Source: Promethearchaeia archaeon (GTDB lineage: Archaea > Asgardarchaeota > Lokiarchaeia > Sigyniarchaeales > SOKP01). Taken from it: DNA of 64,000 bases. A model generated the notes under the pieces. The model saw only the letters and a program-made list of their open reading frames with translations, had not been told where the DNA came from and searched no databases. The stretch covers positions 1 through 64,000 of the forward strand of contig JAHQWG010000025.1 in assembly GCA_029856045.1 (NCBI GenBank), in the 5' to 3' direction. The translations under genes were made by a program, and so were the position numbers. Positions 1-9,733 of the stretch are shown piece by piece (within the stretch, counting starts at the first letter, position 1; every line of letters starts with the position of its first letter).

Positions 1-581
1 ATCCTATTCCAATCGGAAGAATCTAAATAAATTCCAAAAATACCATCTGTTATATTATTGTAATATATAGAGTTGTTGGAACAGCCTTTGATAAGATTTA
101 TTCCATAGCCGCCATTATTTGTACAATTATTATCAACAATCGTCCCATTTGCTGTATTATTTAAGAGAATTCCAGCGTTTGGTGTGCTTCCAGAATCACT
201 AATTGTACAATTTTCGATTCTGAAATATTTATTATGAGAGTTATTTATTTTGATTCCGCTACCTCCACTGGCATCTATAATTAAATCTTCTAAAGTATAA
301 GGATCAGTAAAGGTTCCAGATCCATTTACCCAAGGATTAGTACCCCATGCTCCTTCTCCATCAATGAATATTGGAGGGGCTATTAATGCGAGTTTGGGGT
401 TAAAATTCGGTGGATTAGTTAAATCTTCCAAATCTAAATCAGAATTACTATTATTACTTATAATATCATTAGAAACTCCAATTTGACTTATTAGAAAGAA
501 TCCCATTGCTGTAAACGTAAAGATACAAAGTAAATATGTAATATTTCTATTTTTATTTAAATATTTATGCAAATTTCTCAC
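1..581 (-). CDS. Secreted/surface right-handed parallel beta-helix (NosD/CASH-like) protein, 5' part; runs off the window
   Basis: Not in the ORF track. Manual translation from GTG at 581: MRNLHKYLNKNRNITYLLCIFTFTAMGFFLISQ (signal-like)...PIFIDG...NGSGTFTDPYTLEDLIIDASGGSGIKINNS...FRIENCTI...GILLNNTANGTIVDNNCTNNGGYGINL; open to position 1. Confidence 0.8.
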   Translation of the reverse strand, partial: MRNLHKYLNKNRNITYLLCIFTFTAMGFFLISQIGVSNDIISNNSNSDLDLEDLTNPPNFNPKLALIAPPIFIDGEGAWGTNPWVNGSGTFTDPYTLEDLIIDASGGSGIKINNSHNKYFRIENCTISDSGSTPNAGILLNNTANGTIVDNNCTNNGGYGINLIKGCSNNSIYYNNITDGIFGIYLDSSDWNR

Positions 582-820
582 CAAAATCTTGAAATTTCTT
601 TTTTAGATTTTAAAAAATTAAATTTTTTATAATTAATAATATCTTACAATAGCGAACAATATAATAATAACTACGTAATAATTTTTAGATTGATCTAATC
701 CCAAAAGAACGGAAATTAATATAATAAAAATTGAATAATTATGAATTCGTAATATTCTTTTTTTTAATAAAGTTAGATAGAGCCATTGGAGATCTTGGTT
801 TTATTGAAAAAAAAGACAAA

Positions 821-2329
821 TTAATTAAATCTCTTTCGATATTCTGAATATTTTACTAACACACTCATACATTTTGTTGGATAGTCCCAAAAATCGAAAA
901 TAGGAACATCGTGAGAGATAAACTTTTGATACCAAGGATATCTATAAGGATATGGACCAACATAAAACACAGGAATTGAATGTTTTTTCATTAGACGTTT
1001 AATTGGTTTCAGAACACGGAGATCTATTATTTGTGATAAACTTTTCATTGTTTCGTCAATATACATTCCAGATTTACTCATAGTTTCCATAACATCATCA
1101 AAGTCGAAGACTCCATAAATTATTATTGCGTCTATCTCATTTGATTTCATTAAAAGTTTAGGAAATTTGAGAAACATATTCAAAAAGTCAATATCGAAAG
1201 TTACGTCAATAGGATTACATGCACTGGCAGTAGGAGGAATATATTTTCTAATTTCGGATTGTAAATATTCAGAAAACTCAGGAACTTCAAGACCATACAT
1301 TTCGGCGGTCTTAACCATCATTGAACCGGAGCCTCCAGAATCTGTAATTATTCCCAATCTATTTCCGTTTGTAAATATTTTATTATTTTGAGCAAAAGAT
1401 AAAGTTCTAAGATAATACAAAAAATCTGTCATAGAATCAGTGGAGATAATGCCTGTTTCCTTGAAGACTGCATCATATATCTTTTGATTTCCTCCAATTG
1501 CACCTGTATGGCTCATGATTGACCTTGTTGTAGCTTTTGTCCCACCAGCATAAATCGCTACAATTGGTTTTTTAGGAGTTATTTCCTTTGCTAATTTAAT
1601 AAATTCTTTTCCACGCTTAATTTCTTCTATATATAATCCAATTACGCTTGTTTGAGGATCTTCTTTGAAGAATTCTAAGAAATCAACTAAATCAATATTG
1701 TTTTCATTACCCACTGATATTGATTTACCAATTTTAACAGCCCAATCCCTAGCTTGCCAAAATGTGTGACATGCAATAGTTCCAGATTGACTCGCTATGG
1801 AAATATTACCCCTTTCAGGGAAATAATAAATCCACATTGTATTAAAATGAGATTTTATAATATCTGGCTGATACCAACCATTATATACGCCTAAACAATT
1901 TGGTCCAATAAACCTCATATGATATTTCTTCGCAATATCATCTATCTTTTGTGAGAGTTTAATTCCATCAGAACCAACCTCTCTGAAACCACCTGATGTA
2001 ATAATTAAACGTTTTATTCCTTTTTGACCACATTCTTCCATTATTTTAGGGATAATTTTAGGGGGTAAAATAATAAATGCTAAATCAGGGGTCTCGGGTA
2101 AATCTAATACATTCTTATATGCTTTCATTCCTTGAACTTCGTTTAACCTAAGATGAATTGGGTATATTTTCTCTTTGGGAAAACCTCCAGCAATAATATT
2201 CCTCAACTGCATTGACCCCATTGTAGTAAGTAAATTATTATTTGCTCCAAAAATGCAAATACTCTTAGGATTTAATAAAGAATAAAGAAAATGTGCTTTA
2301 TTTAAGTCTTCTTCATGATTTGAAATCAT
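821..2329 (-). CDS. ADP-forming acyl-CoA synthetase (acetate-CoA ligase) alpha-subunit family protein
   Basis: LNPKSI..GA CoA-binding domain, IGPNCLG, SQSG, GNE..D, phospho-His SHTG, NPIDV. Confidence 0.85.
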   Translation of the reverse strand: MISNHEEDLNKAHFLYSLLNPKSICIFGANNNLLTTMGSMQLRNIIAGGFPKEKIYPIHLRLNEVQGMKAYKNVLDLPETPDLAFIILPPKIIPKIMEECGQKGIKRLIITSGGFREVGSDGIKLSQKIDDIAKKYHMRFIGPNCLGVYNGWYQPDIIKSHFNTMWIYYFPERGNISIASQSGTIACHTFWQARDWAVKIGKSISVGNENNIDLVDFLEFFKEDPQTSVIGLYIEEIKRGKEFIKLAKEITPKKPIVAIYAGGTKATTRSIMSHTGAIGGNQKIYDAVFKETGIISTDSMTDFLYYLRTLSFAQNNKIFTNGNRLGIITDSGGSGSMMVKTAEMYGLEVPEFSEYLQSEIRKYIPPTASACNPIDVTFDIDFLNMFLKFPKLLMKSNEIDAIIIYGVFDFDDVMETMSKSGMYIDETMKSLSQIIDLRVLKPIKRLMKKHSIPVFYVGPYPYRYPWYQKFISHDVPIFDFWDYPTKCMSVLVKYSEYRKRFN

Positions 2330-2511
2330 TAATTGTGATAATTAAAATTGATATTTAGATTTTTTTTAATTCGAAATCCAATAATATCACAATTAGAACT
2401 GAAATTATTTATTTCTGAAAACGATATAAATAGTATAAAAAGAGCGTATAAGAAAATAAATTAAATTTTAATACCGATTTATAATAAAAATCTCTAAGAT
2501 GTGCTCCAAAA

Positions 2512-3522
2512 TTGTATTTCATAAATCCTCCAAGCTCATTATTAGCCTTTGGAACGAAATCCGGGGTAGAATTAGGAGGAAATAAATGCGTTTTAAGTAT
2601 GGATGATGTTAGCAACTTAAAATTTGAACAAGAAATATTCACGGAGATTTCATGGGGTGAGTTTTATCGTGAAGAAGGTATTGAGGATCAGATTAAAAGT
2701 TTTACCACACAAGAATATTCATCAATTAGAGAAGATCCTGAAGAACTAACGAAAAGATTGGTAAATGTAATTTATAAAATAATGAATGAAAAGAAACTTT
2801 TTTTTGGGATTTTAGATGTTGAGGTTGATGCCTTTATGAATGAGAACGTTGCAATTAAGGGATTAGAATTAGATTATAAAACAGTAAATAGATTAATGAA
2901 AGCTCATAAACATGGAAGGGACTTAGATCTTTTCCCAGATTTAATTACTTCTTCAATTGAAAAAGAAGATAGAATAAATATAGAATTTCAGGGCAAAGCA
3001 AAAAATTTATTTCATATAATTGGAGAAAAAATTGAAGATTTAGCAGATAAAATTAGAAATGCAAAGGGATTTGGCATTGGATTGGTTGCTACTTCGAGAG
3101 GTGCGGCAAATTTTTACATTTTGACCGAAAATATTGTAATGAAAGAAGGAGAGGTAAAGGAAATGCAAATTGATCAAGATAATATAGATGCAGTTTTTTA
3201 CGCCATCCAGAGAGAAGTAATAGTTCCAATTTGTTGGTTTAGAATCGATATGGGTATAAGCGCGATAGAGACTTTGGAGTTATGGGAAAAAATAAAGGAG
3301 AAACCAGAATTAATTAAAGCAATAAAAAGATATGATGATTATATTCAGGCTTTAATCTATAAAAAATATAAGGGTATGTCTCAGCCTCCGAGGGGTAAAG
3401 ACATTAGGAAAGATTCTAATGATATAACTCCTGAAGAGAGAGAAAAGGCATTGCGAGAGATGAGGAAAACTATGGAAATTTTAACCAACCACCTAAAAGA
3501 AGCGAAAGAAAGAGAAAAATAG
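2512..3522 (+). CDS. Hypothetical protein (true start probably the ATG at 2599)
   Basis: 336-aa ORF, no recognisable motif. Confidence 0.6.
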   Translation: MYFINPPSSLLAFGTKSGVELGGNKCVLSMDDVSNLKFEQEIFTEISWGEFYREEGIEDQIKSFTTQEYSSIREDPEELTKRLVNVIYKIMNEKKLFFGILDVEVDAFMNENVAIKGLELDYKTVNRLMKAHKHGRDLDLFPDLITSSIEKEDRINIEFQGKAKNLFHIIGEKIEDLADKIRNAKGFGIGLVATSRGAANFYILTENIVMKEGEVKEMQIDQDNIDAVFYAIQREVIVPICWFRIDMGISAIETLELWEKIKEKPELIKAIKRYDDYIQALIYKKYKGMSQPPRGKDIRKDSNDITPEEREKALREMRKTMEILTNHLKEAKEREK

Positions 3523-3547
3523 TATCTTAATCTATTTCTATTATTTT

Positions 3548-3859
3548 TTATTCTTTAATTATTCTAGGGGCTTTAAAAAAGCCATCTTGCTTCTCACGAG
3601 CATTCTTTAAGGCTTCTTCTTGAGTGAGGGATTTTCCAGGAATATCTTCTCTAAAAACATTTTTTAAACCATCAATTACATGTCTTGTTGGTTTGATGTT
3701 TGAAGTGTCAAGTTCATTTAGTTTTTGAAAATAATCTAATATATTGTTTAATTGCTTCGAGATATTTACTTTTTCCTCTTCGCTTAAATCAATTAAGGCT
3801 AATCTTGCAAGATGTTCTATTTTTTCTCTTGAGATTATTTCTTTTTTTTCCATTAACAT
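3548..3859 (-). CDS. gatC: Asp-tRNA(Asn)/Glu-tRNA(Gln) amidotransferase subunit C
   Basis: IEHLARLALI.L...ILDYFQKLNELDT..I.PT...NVFRED...AL.NA....GFFKAPRI. Confidence 0.92.
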   Translation of the reverse strand: MLMEKKEIISREKIEHLARLALIDLSEEEKVNISKQLNNILDYFQKLNELDTSNIKPTRHVIDGLKNVFREDIPGKSLTQEEALKNAREKQDGFFKAPRIIKE

Positions 3860-3995
3860 TCAATATTTTTTTTTAATATAGAAATTTTCCTTTTATAAGA
3901 AAAAAGGTTTTAATTATTATAAATATGAATTATTATTTTTATTGAAGGTAATATTGAAATTAAAATTAACTGATTATAAATAAATGAGATAAACA

Positions 3996-4364
3996 ATGAC
4001 TGAAAAGGATTTATGGGATGAAATTCCTTATATGGGGTATATTGCTCTTGGAAGAAGGGGTATGGAAAAAATTGAACTTACTCAATGTTTTATTCCGGGT
4101 TGTGAAAATAAAGATATTGAGAAATTAAAGGCGATTAAAAAAGAAGAAAATGAAAGTGATACCAAATTAATCCAAACTTATTCCATCCATTGTGAGGAGT
4201 GTAATAAAACATTTAAGCTTTCATTTGAAACACTAAAGAAAGTAGCTAGAAAAAAGAAAATATCAATAGATGAAAATAATAAAGACCAAAATGAAATCCT
4301 TTCTATGGGTGTGATTTATGTATTTGATGATAACGGGAAAAAAATGCATTTAGGTTATTTCTAA
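3996..4364 (+). CDS. Small hypothetical protein, probably Zn-binding
   Basis: CFIPGC ... CEEC cysteine pairs. Confidence 0.6.
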   Translation: MTEKDLWDEIPYMGYIALGRRGMEKIELTQCFIPGCENKDIEKLKAIKKEENESDTKLIQTYSIHCEECNKTFKLSFETLKKVARKKKISIDENNKDQNEILSMGVIYVFDDNGKKMHLGYF

Positions 4365-4394
4365 GTTAAATTTCATAATAGGAGAAATTTAAGA

Positions 4395-5105
4395 TTGAAC
4401 TTTAATTACATCTTATTTGATTTGGATAATTGCCTTGTTGAAATTCCTAATATAGGGAATTATTTTGATAAATTACTTATAGAAACATTGAATGAATCTA
4501 ATGTTAAGAGAATTCCCGAATTCAACGAGAGAAAACAGATTTGGTTTGTTGGAAAGCTATATATTAATTTGTTAGAATCTTGGGGCATAGAAAACCATCA
4601 AAAATTCTGGGAAGTGCTTGATTTAAAAGATTTTAGACAACGAAAGAAATTAATTCATGATGGCAAAATTATGCTTTTTGAAGATGTTTTACAAGTTCTT
4701 AAAGAACTTTCAAGATTGAATAAAAAAATGGGCATAATAAGCAATACTCCGGAAAATATTATAGAATATCAATTGAAACATTTTAAAATAAAAAAATATT
4801 TTGATATTGTGGTTGGGTTAGGTGAAGATCAAACCATTTGCAAGCCAGAACCAACTGGAATAAATATTGCATTAAAGTACTTCTTGGAAACCGAGCAGAA
4901 CAAAAGAGAGAAAAGTATTAAAAACATCCAATCAGAAGCGATTATGATTGGAGATTCTATAGTGGATATTATTTCTGCTAATAGAGCGAAAGTCAAATCT
5001 TGCTTAATATTAAGAAAAAAACATTATTATACTGAAGAAATTAAAAGTTGGGAATACCAACCTAATTTTATTATTAATCAATTAGATGAAATTTTAAAAC
5101 TATGA
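4395..5105 (+). CDS. HAD-superfamily hydrolase (phosphoglycolate phosphatase-like)
   Basis: FDLDNCL motif I, ISN, KPEP, IGDS..D motif IV. Confidence 0.88.
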   Translation: MNFNYILFDLDNCLVEIPNIGNYFDKLLIETLNESNVKRIPEFNERKQIWFVGKLYINLLESWGIENHQKFWEVLDLKDFRQRKKLIHDGKIMLFEDVLQVLKELSRLNKKMGIISNTPENIIEYQLKHFKIKKYFDIVVGLGEDQTICKPEPTGINIALKYFLETEQNKREKSIKNIQSEAIMIGDSIVDIISANRAKVKSCLILRKKHYYTEEIKSWEYQPNFIINQLDEILKL

Positions 5106-5204
5106 AAGAAAAAATAAAATTTTAATTAAATTTTTAAACTGAAATTGATTTTTATTTTATGAAAGGACTTAACCGACAATCCGATTTGTATAATTTGAGA
5201 ATGG

Positions 5205-5735
5205 TTATCGGCTATGATAGAGATAGATTGTGCTTAATAAAATTTCAGCTTTAATAATTCCAATAATAATCTCATTGATAACTACGTTCTCGTATCTAAC
5301 TAGGACATTTATTCCTAGAAGGATTAAAGCCACAAATAAAATTAAAAAAAGACCGAACTCCACTAATAAATTAATAATGACAAAAAATATGGATTTTTTA
5401 TGTTCCATTTTGTATAATTTATCCGTCACAAAAAAGCCTATGATGAAATTTAGAATAAATCCTAGAAAAATAGCGAAAAAGTTGAATGCGAGTGAGATTC
5501 GAAAATGATTTTCATATTCTCCTCTTCCAATAAGAGCATAGAAGTCAAAATAAAGAAGAATCCTATTTGAGTACCATATAATATTTAAAATTAATGAATT
5601 TTTCAGAGAATTTGTAAAATTCTTAAAATCCGCATAATATTTAGTAATCAATATATTAAATAAAAGATGAAGGATTAAAACTGCAAAAATTGATTCTGGT
5701 AGGTATTGTTGAATGATATTTATCAAATTCTCCAT
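5205..5735 (-). CDS. Hypothetical multi-pass membrane protein
   Basis: 4-5 hydrophobic segments. Confidence 0.55.
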   Translation of the reverse strand: MENLINIIQQYLPESIFAVLILHLLFNILITKYYADFKNFTNSLKNSLILNIIWYSNRILLYFDFYALIGRGEYENHFRISLAFNFFAIFLGFILNFIIGFFVTDKLYKMEHKKSIFFVIINLLVEFGLFLILFVALILLGINVLVRYENVVINEIIIGIIKAEILLSTIYLYHSR

Positions 5736-5934
5736 ATTTAAATCAACTCTATAAGCTTATAAAATATTGATATGTAGGATATAAACTAAACTCAATAAAA
5801 AATCGAAAGATAATATGATTAGGACTAATAATAAAGAATCTCTGATAATTTGACGATAAATGATTAAAATAAGAAGAAGAGCAATTGGAAAAAAAAATAA
5901 ATATTGAATTAAAAGAAAAAGAGGATGGAAAAAT

Positions 5935-6543
5935 TTAAAAAAAAGAACTAGATTTCTTATTGAATTCTTTTTCTCCCAAATCATCTCGTATAATATTCAT
6001 AGCAGAAGTAATTGACACTCTCCATTTGACTGCAATCTTGCGTATAGGATCTGGATTTTCGGAGCGACCGTCTTTAATTATGCTCTCTCGTTGCTCATCG
6101 GATATACTATCTTCAGACTTTGGAAACCTTTCTTCATAACCTTTCTCTGTTAAAACCTTATGGGAGATCTTTATTAATGTATAGAGGGATACCTTTAAAT
6201 TCATTTCTTCTAGTTTTTCACGAATTTTATTCTGTGAAATCTTTGTATATCTGATATAATATTTAAGGAGATTATTTAGATTTTTATTTTCATTAAATTT
6301 ATCTATTCTTTTTACTAAATTATCTTTCTCTTCTTTAGTTAGTGCATCATTTTCTTTACTTTTAATAAATTTAATAAATTTCTTAGTAAAATGAGTACCC
6401 TTATAGGCAACACCATCATGTTTCTTTATTATTTCTTGCAATTTTATTAATGCAGGGCTCGATGGCAGATATTTATCTTTATCGAAATCCCCATATACCT
6501 TTTCTATTATAAAACCAACCTTAGTAAACAACTGTTTGGTCAT
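5935..6543 (-). pseudogene. Probable chimeric remnant: SAM-methyltransferase C-terminal tail joined to an HTH-containing fragment
   Basis: N-terminus LFTKVGFIIEKVYGDFDKDKYLPSSPALI resembles the last strands of class I methyltransferases; C-terminus has the HTH-like PIRKIAVKWRVSITSAMNII. Confidence 0.45.
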
Positions 6544-6554
6544 TAAAAATAATT

Positions 6555-7436
6555 CTAAACGCTTTGTATTTCTCTTTGAGATATGTTAGTTTCAATATCC
6601 AACAATTTTCTTTCTATATCAATAGAATTATTCCATAATTGTCCAAAAAAATTTTTCAAAACATAAATCAAAGGTTTGCAATTCGTCCAAAATCCAGCTT
6701 TTTCCCGATGGTTTTTATTTTTTGGTGTAATTCCAAAAAAAATTTCCTTATTATCTATAATTATCAAAAAATGTATTAAATTTGGATCAATATTAACATG
6801 ATGAATATTACTTTTATGATGCACACTTAAAATTTCTTTATTTAAAAATCTCATTATTTTAAAATTTTCTTCTGTAATACAAGTTAATAACCTAATTTTT
6901 ATAATATCTTTATTTATAGCATCTTTAATACTGATAACTGAAGGATTTGAACGAGGGCCATTAATTTTCGTTAAAATAGCCAATATCTCTGTGTCAGCAT
7001 TTTCAATCATTTGTAAAAATTTGGAAAAGAGAATATATTCACCTTGGATGATTGTAAACTTTTCTGAATCATATTCATAATTTTTACTCTTAATACTTGA
7101 CCATAAACTGATCGAATCATTTCTTTTATCTTCTAAAAATCTTACTTCTCCTTTCTTTGTTTTAATAAGTAAATCCAAAACTTTTTCAAATGGAATTGCC
7201 GTAAATCGCATTGGGGATTCCATACTTACCTCTATTATTCCGTAATTTTGCAGATTCTTGATAATATGATAAACCTGAGCTTTATGCAAATTCATTTTTC
7301 TAGATATATCAATTGCCTTATGTGTTCCATTCTTAGCAAGAAAAATGTACACTTTTGATTCTAATTCCGTTAAACCTGTGTCTTTAAGAGCCTCTACAAG
7401 CCATATTTTTTCTGAGAGGATTTCATTATCTAGCAT
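6555..7436 (-). CDS. TrmB-family sugar-sensing transcriptional regulator
   Basis: GLTELESKVYIFL...A.DISR....KAQVY.IIKNL...GII......PMRF.A.P wHTH, plus a C-terminal effector domain (IIIDNKE, WTN). Confidence 0.88.
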   Translation of the reverse strand: MLDNEILSEKIWLVEALKDTGLTELESKVYIFLAKNGTHKAIDISRKMNLHKAQVYHIIKNLQNYGIIEVSMESPMRFTAIPFEKVLDLLIKTKKGEVRFLEDKRNDSISLWSSIKSKNYEYDSEKFTIIQGEYILFSKFLQMIENADTEILAILTKINGPRSNPSVISIKDAINKDIIKIRLLTCITEENFKIMRFLNKEILSVHHKSNIHHVNIDPNLIHFLIIIDNKEIFFGITPKNKNHREKAGFWTNCKPLIYVLKNFFGQLWNNSIDIERKLLDIETNISQREIQSV

Positions 7437-7558
7437 TATTATCTGATTAGTTTTGTTATTTCATGTAAAATTGAACATGCATTAATTATAAGTGACCTTG
7501 TGACCATTTAAATATTTTCATTCATAATATTTAAATTACTTTTATTATAATAGTAATT

Positions 7559-8173
7559 ATGCCTAAAGCTTTTTCAGATAGAGAGAAAAAGATTATAAAA
7601 AAGAAATTACTCGAAAAAGGTAAGGAGTATTTTAGAATATTTGGATTAAAAAAAACAAATATAGGAGAACTAACAAAATCTATAGGCATAGCCAAAGGAA
7701 CATTCTATAATTTTTATAAATCGAAAGAAAAACTATTTTTAGATATATTAGAAAAAGTTGAACAAGATCATGTTGATTTCCTGTCTAAAGAAATCACTAA
7801 TATTGATAAATCTCCAAAGGATATATTTAAATTTTTTCTTAAATATCGATATAATGTTATTGAAACTGAACCTATAATAAAGATGCTCCTTACTAGTGAT
7901 GAAATGGATTACCTTTTTAGAATATTACCAGAAACCACACGTATAAACTTTATTCGTAGAAAAATAGATAATGAATATATGATACAATTTAACAAAAAAT
8001 GGCAAGAAGATGGTTTGTTAAAAAAAATTGATCCTGAAATTTTGGCTAACTTATATCGAATATTTGCTGTAATTAGTATAGGTAAAGAACATGTTGGTAA
8101 GTCGAAGATTAATGAAACAATTGATTTACTTATAGATATTTTAGCAGACTACTTAATAATTCCGTCAGAATGA
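7559..8173 (+). CDS. TetR/AcrR-family transcriptional regulator
   Basis: F..FGLKKTNIGELTKSIGIAKGTFYNFYKSKEKLF. Confidence 0.9.
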   Translation: MPKAFSDREKKIIKKKLLEKGKEYFRIFGLKKTNIGELTKSIGIAKGTFYNFYKSKEKLFLDILEKVEQDHVDFLSKEITNIDKSPKDIFKFFLKYRYNVIETEPIIKMLLTSDEMDYLFRILPETTRINFIRRKIDNEYMIQFNKKWQEDGLLKKIDPEILANLYRIFAVISIGKEHVGKSKINETIDLLIDILADYLIIPSE

Positions 8174-8321
8174 TTTTTTAGGCTATTTTAATCCAAACTA
8201 TGCTAGAAGTACTTAATATTTTACGTATTATTGTGAAAATAATCAATCACTTTTCTTCAAGTTTAAAATTCTAAAATTTTTATTGATAGAACTTTTAATA
8301 TTTCTTTAGAATTATGCTATT

Positions 8322-8345
8322 AGTAAGTAACAATTGTGAATGAAT
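8322..8345. promoter_or_regulatory. Operator copy 1 (AGTAAGTAACAATTGTGAATGAAT), then AA and TATA-like TTTTTATTA
   Basis: One of six copies of a 24-bp imperfect palindrome; upstream of 8394. Confidence 0.8.
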
Positions 8346-8393
8346 AATTTTTATTAGTGAAACGATAATAATTTTAAAATAGTTGTTAAAAAA

Positions 8394-9524
8394 ATGCCGA
8401 AAGAATTAGTATTTTTAGGACCTAGAAAAGTTGGATTTAGAGAATACGAGGAGCCTCCTTTAAAGGACACCGAAGTAAGAATTAAGACCCTATATTCTGG
8501 GATTAGTAGTGGTACAGAATTAGCTATTTATAGAGGGCAAGCACCCATGTTTAAAAGAACCATTAAAGATGGTTTGTTTGCTGATGGAGAACCTATATAT
8601 CAATATCCATTGGTTTATGGATATGAAGAATATGGAGAGGTAATTGAAATAGGAAAGAAGGTGGAAGAAGAAAACAAGTATAAAGTTGGATCTTTCGTGG
8701 CAGCATCATATGGACACAGAGAAACAGGTGTTGTTGATGCCTTTGAATCAATTAAAGAATCACTAAATTTCTATGGATTAATCGAAATTCCGCCCCCACG
8801 AAAAATGCCCCCATCTGTTAAAGATAAAAAATTAGCTAAAAGAATGATGGCAGTTTCATTAGGAGGATTATCTTATGATGGGATAGTCATGTCAGGCATC
8901 CAAGCAGGTGAATCCGCAGTAATTTTTGGTCAAGGACAAATTGGACTTTGTTGTACTTTAAGTTGTAAACAAATTGGTGTCAATCCAGTAATAGCAGTTG
9001 ACGTGGTTGATGAGAGGCTTGAACTTGCGAAAGAATTTGGAGCAGATTATGTTTTTAATCCAAATAAGTGCAATGTAGCAGAAGAAGTAAGAAAAAAATT
9101 AAAAACAAGATATGCCCTTCCCGGTGCTGATGTAGTTTTCGACGCCTCAGGATCATATAAAGCGCTTAAAGATGCTATTAGATGTGGAGCTCCTGGATAT
9201 GGAAAAGTTATTGCAATTGGCTTCTATAAAGGACCTGCTACCGAACTTGATTTGGGAGAGGAGTTTCACCACGGTCTTGGTGCAAGTACAATCATATCTG
9301 TTGGACCATATGCTCGTCAACTATATCGAGCAACGGCTCCTGGAAGAAAATGGGATATGAAAAGAGTAGGGATGGCCTATTTCCGTTTAACTTTAGGGAA
9401 AGAAGATTTAATTGATAAATTGGTAAGTCATACTTTTAAATTTGAAGATGCGTTGAAAGCATATGAAATTTTAGACAAACATCCCGAGAATTGTCTTAAA
9501 ATGCTCTTAACTTTTCAAGAATAA
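8394..9524 (+). CDS. MDR-superfamily (zinc-binding alcohol dehydrogenase-like) sugar dehydrogenase
   Basis: SGISSGTE, GYE..GEV.E.G, GQGQIG Rossmann motif, GAD.VFDASG. Confidence 0.85.
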   Translation: MPKELVFLGPRKVGFREYEEPPLKDTEVRIKTLYSGISSGTELAIYRGQAPMFKRTIKDGLFADGEPIYQYPLVYGYEEYGEVIEIGKKVEEENKYKVGSFVAASYGHRETGVVDAFESIKESLNFYGLIEIPPPRKMPPSVKDKKLAKRMMAVSLGGLSYDGIVMSGIQAGESAVIFGQGQIGLCCTLSCKQIGVNPVIAVDVVDERLELAKEFGADYVFNPNKCNVAEEVRKKLKTRYALPGADVVFDASGSYKALKDAIRCGAPGYGKVIAIGFYKGPATELDLGEEFHHGLGASTIISVGPYARQLYRATAPGRKWDMKRVGMAYFRLTLGKEDLIDKLVSHTFKFEDALKAYEILDKHPENCLKMLLTFQE

Positions 9525-9550
9525 TATCATTTTTTATTAATATAATACTA

Positions 9551-9561
9551 TTTTTTTTTTT
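9551..9561 (+). terminator. Archaeal oligo-T terminator candidate
   Basis: T11 run shortly after the stop of 8394..9524. Confidence 0.45.
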
Positions 9562-9619
9562 AATTTATTTAGCTTTTGAGAAATTCAAACAATCATCATT
9601 ATTTAATTCTCTAGTAATA

Positions 9620-9643
9620 AGTCAGTTATAATTGTTACTAACT
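9620..9643. promoter_or_regulatory. Operator copy 2 (AGTCAGTTATAATTGTTACTAACT), then AA and TCTTTAAAT
   Basis: Same palindrome family and TATA spacing; upstream of the MFS gene. Confidence 0.72.
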
Positions 9644-9733
9644 AATCTTTAAATGTAGACTTATTATAATTAAATTGTTTAGAATTTGTATTAATTTAGT
9701 TCTATCTACAAAAAAATATTTAAAGAAGACAGG

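Noticed and set aside
7487-7509. TATAAGTGACCTTGTGACCATTT between trmB and tetR as a seventh operator
   Set aside because: The core is one base short and mismatched, and the 2-nt TATA spacing is unclear; possible but unsupported
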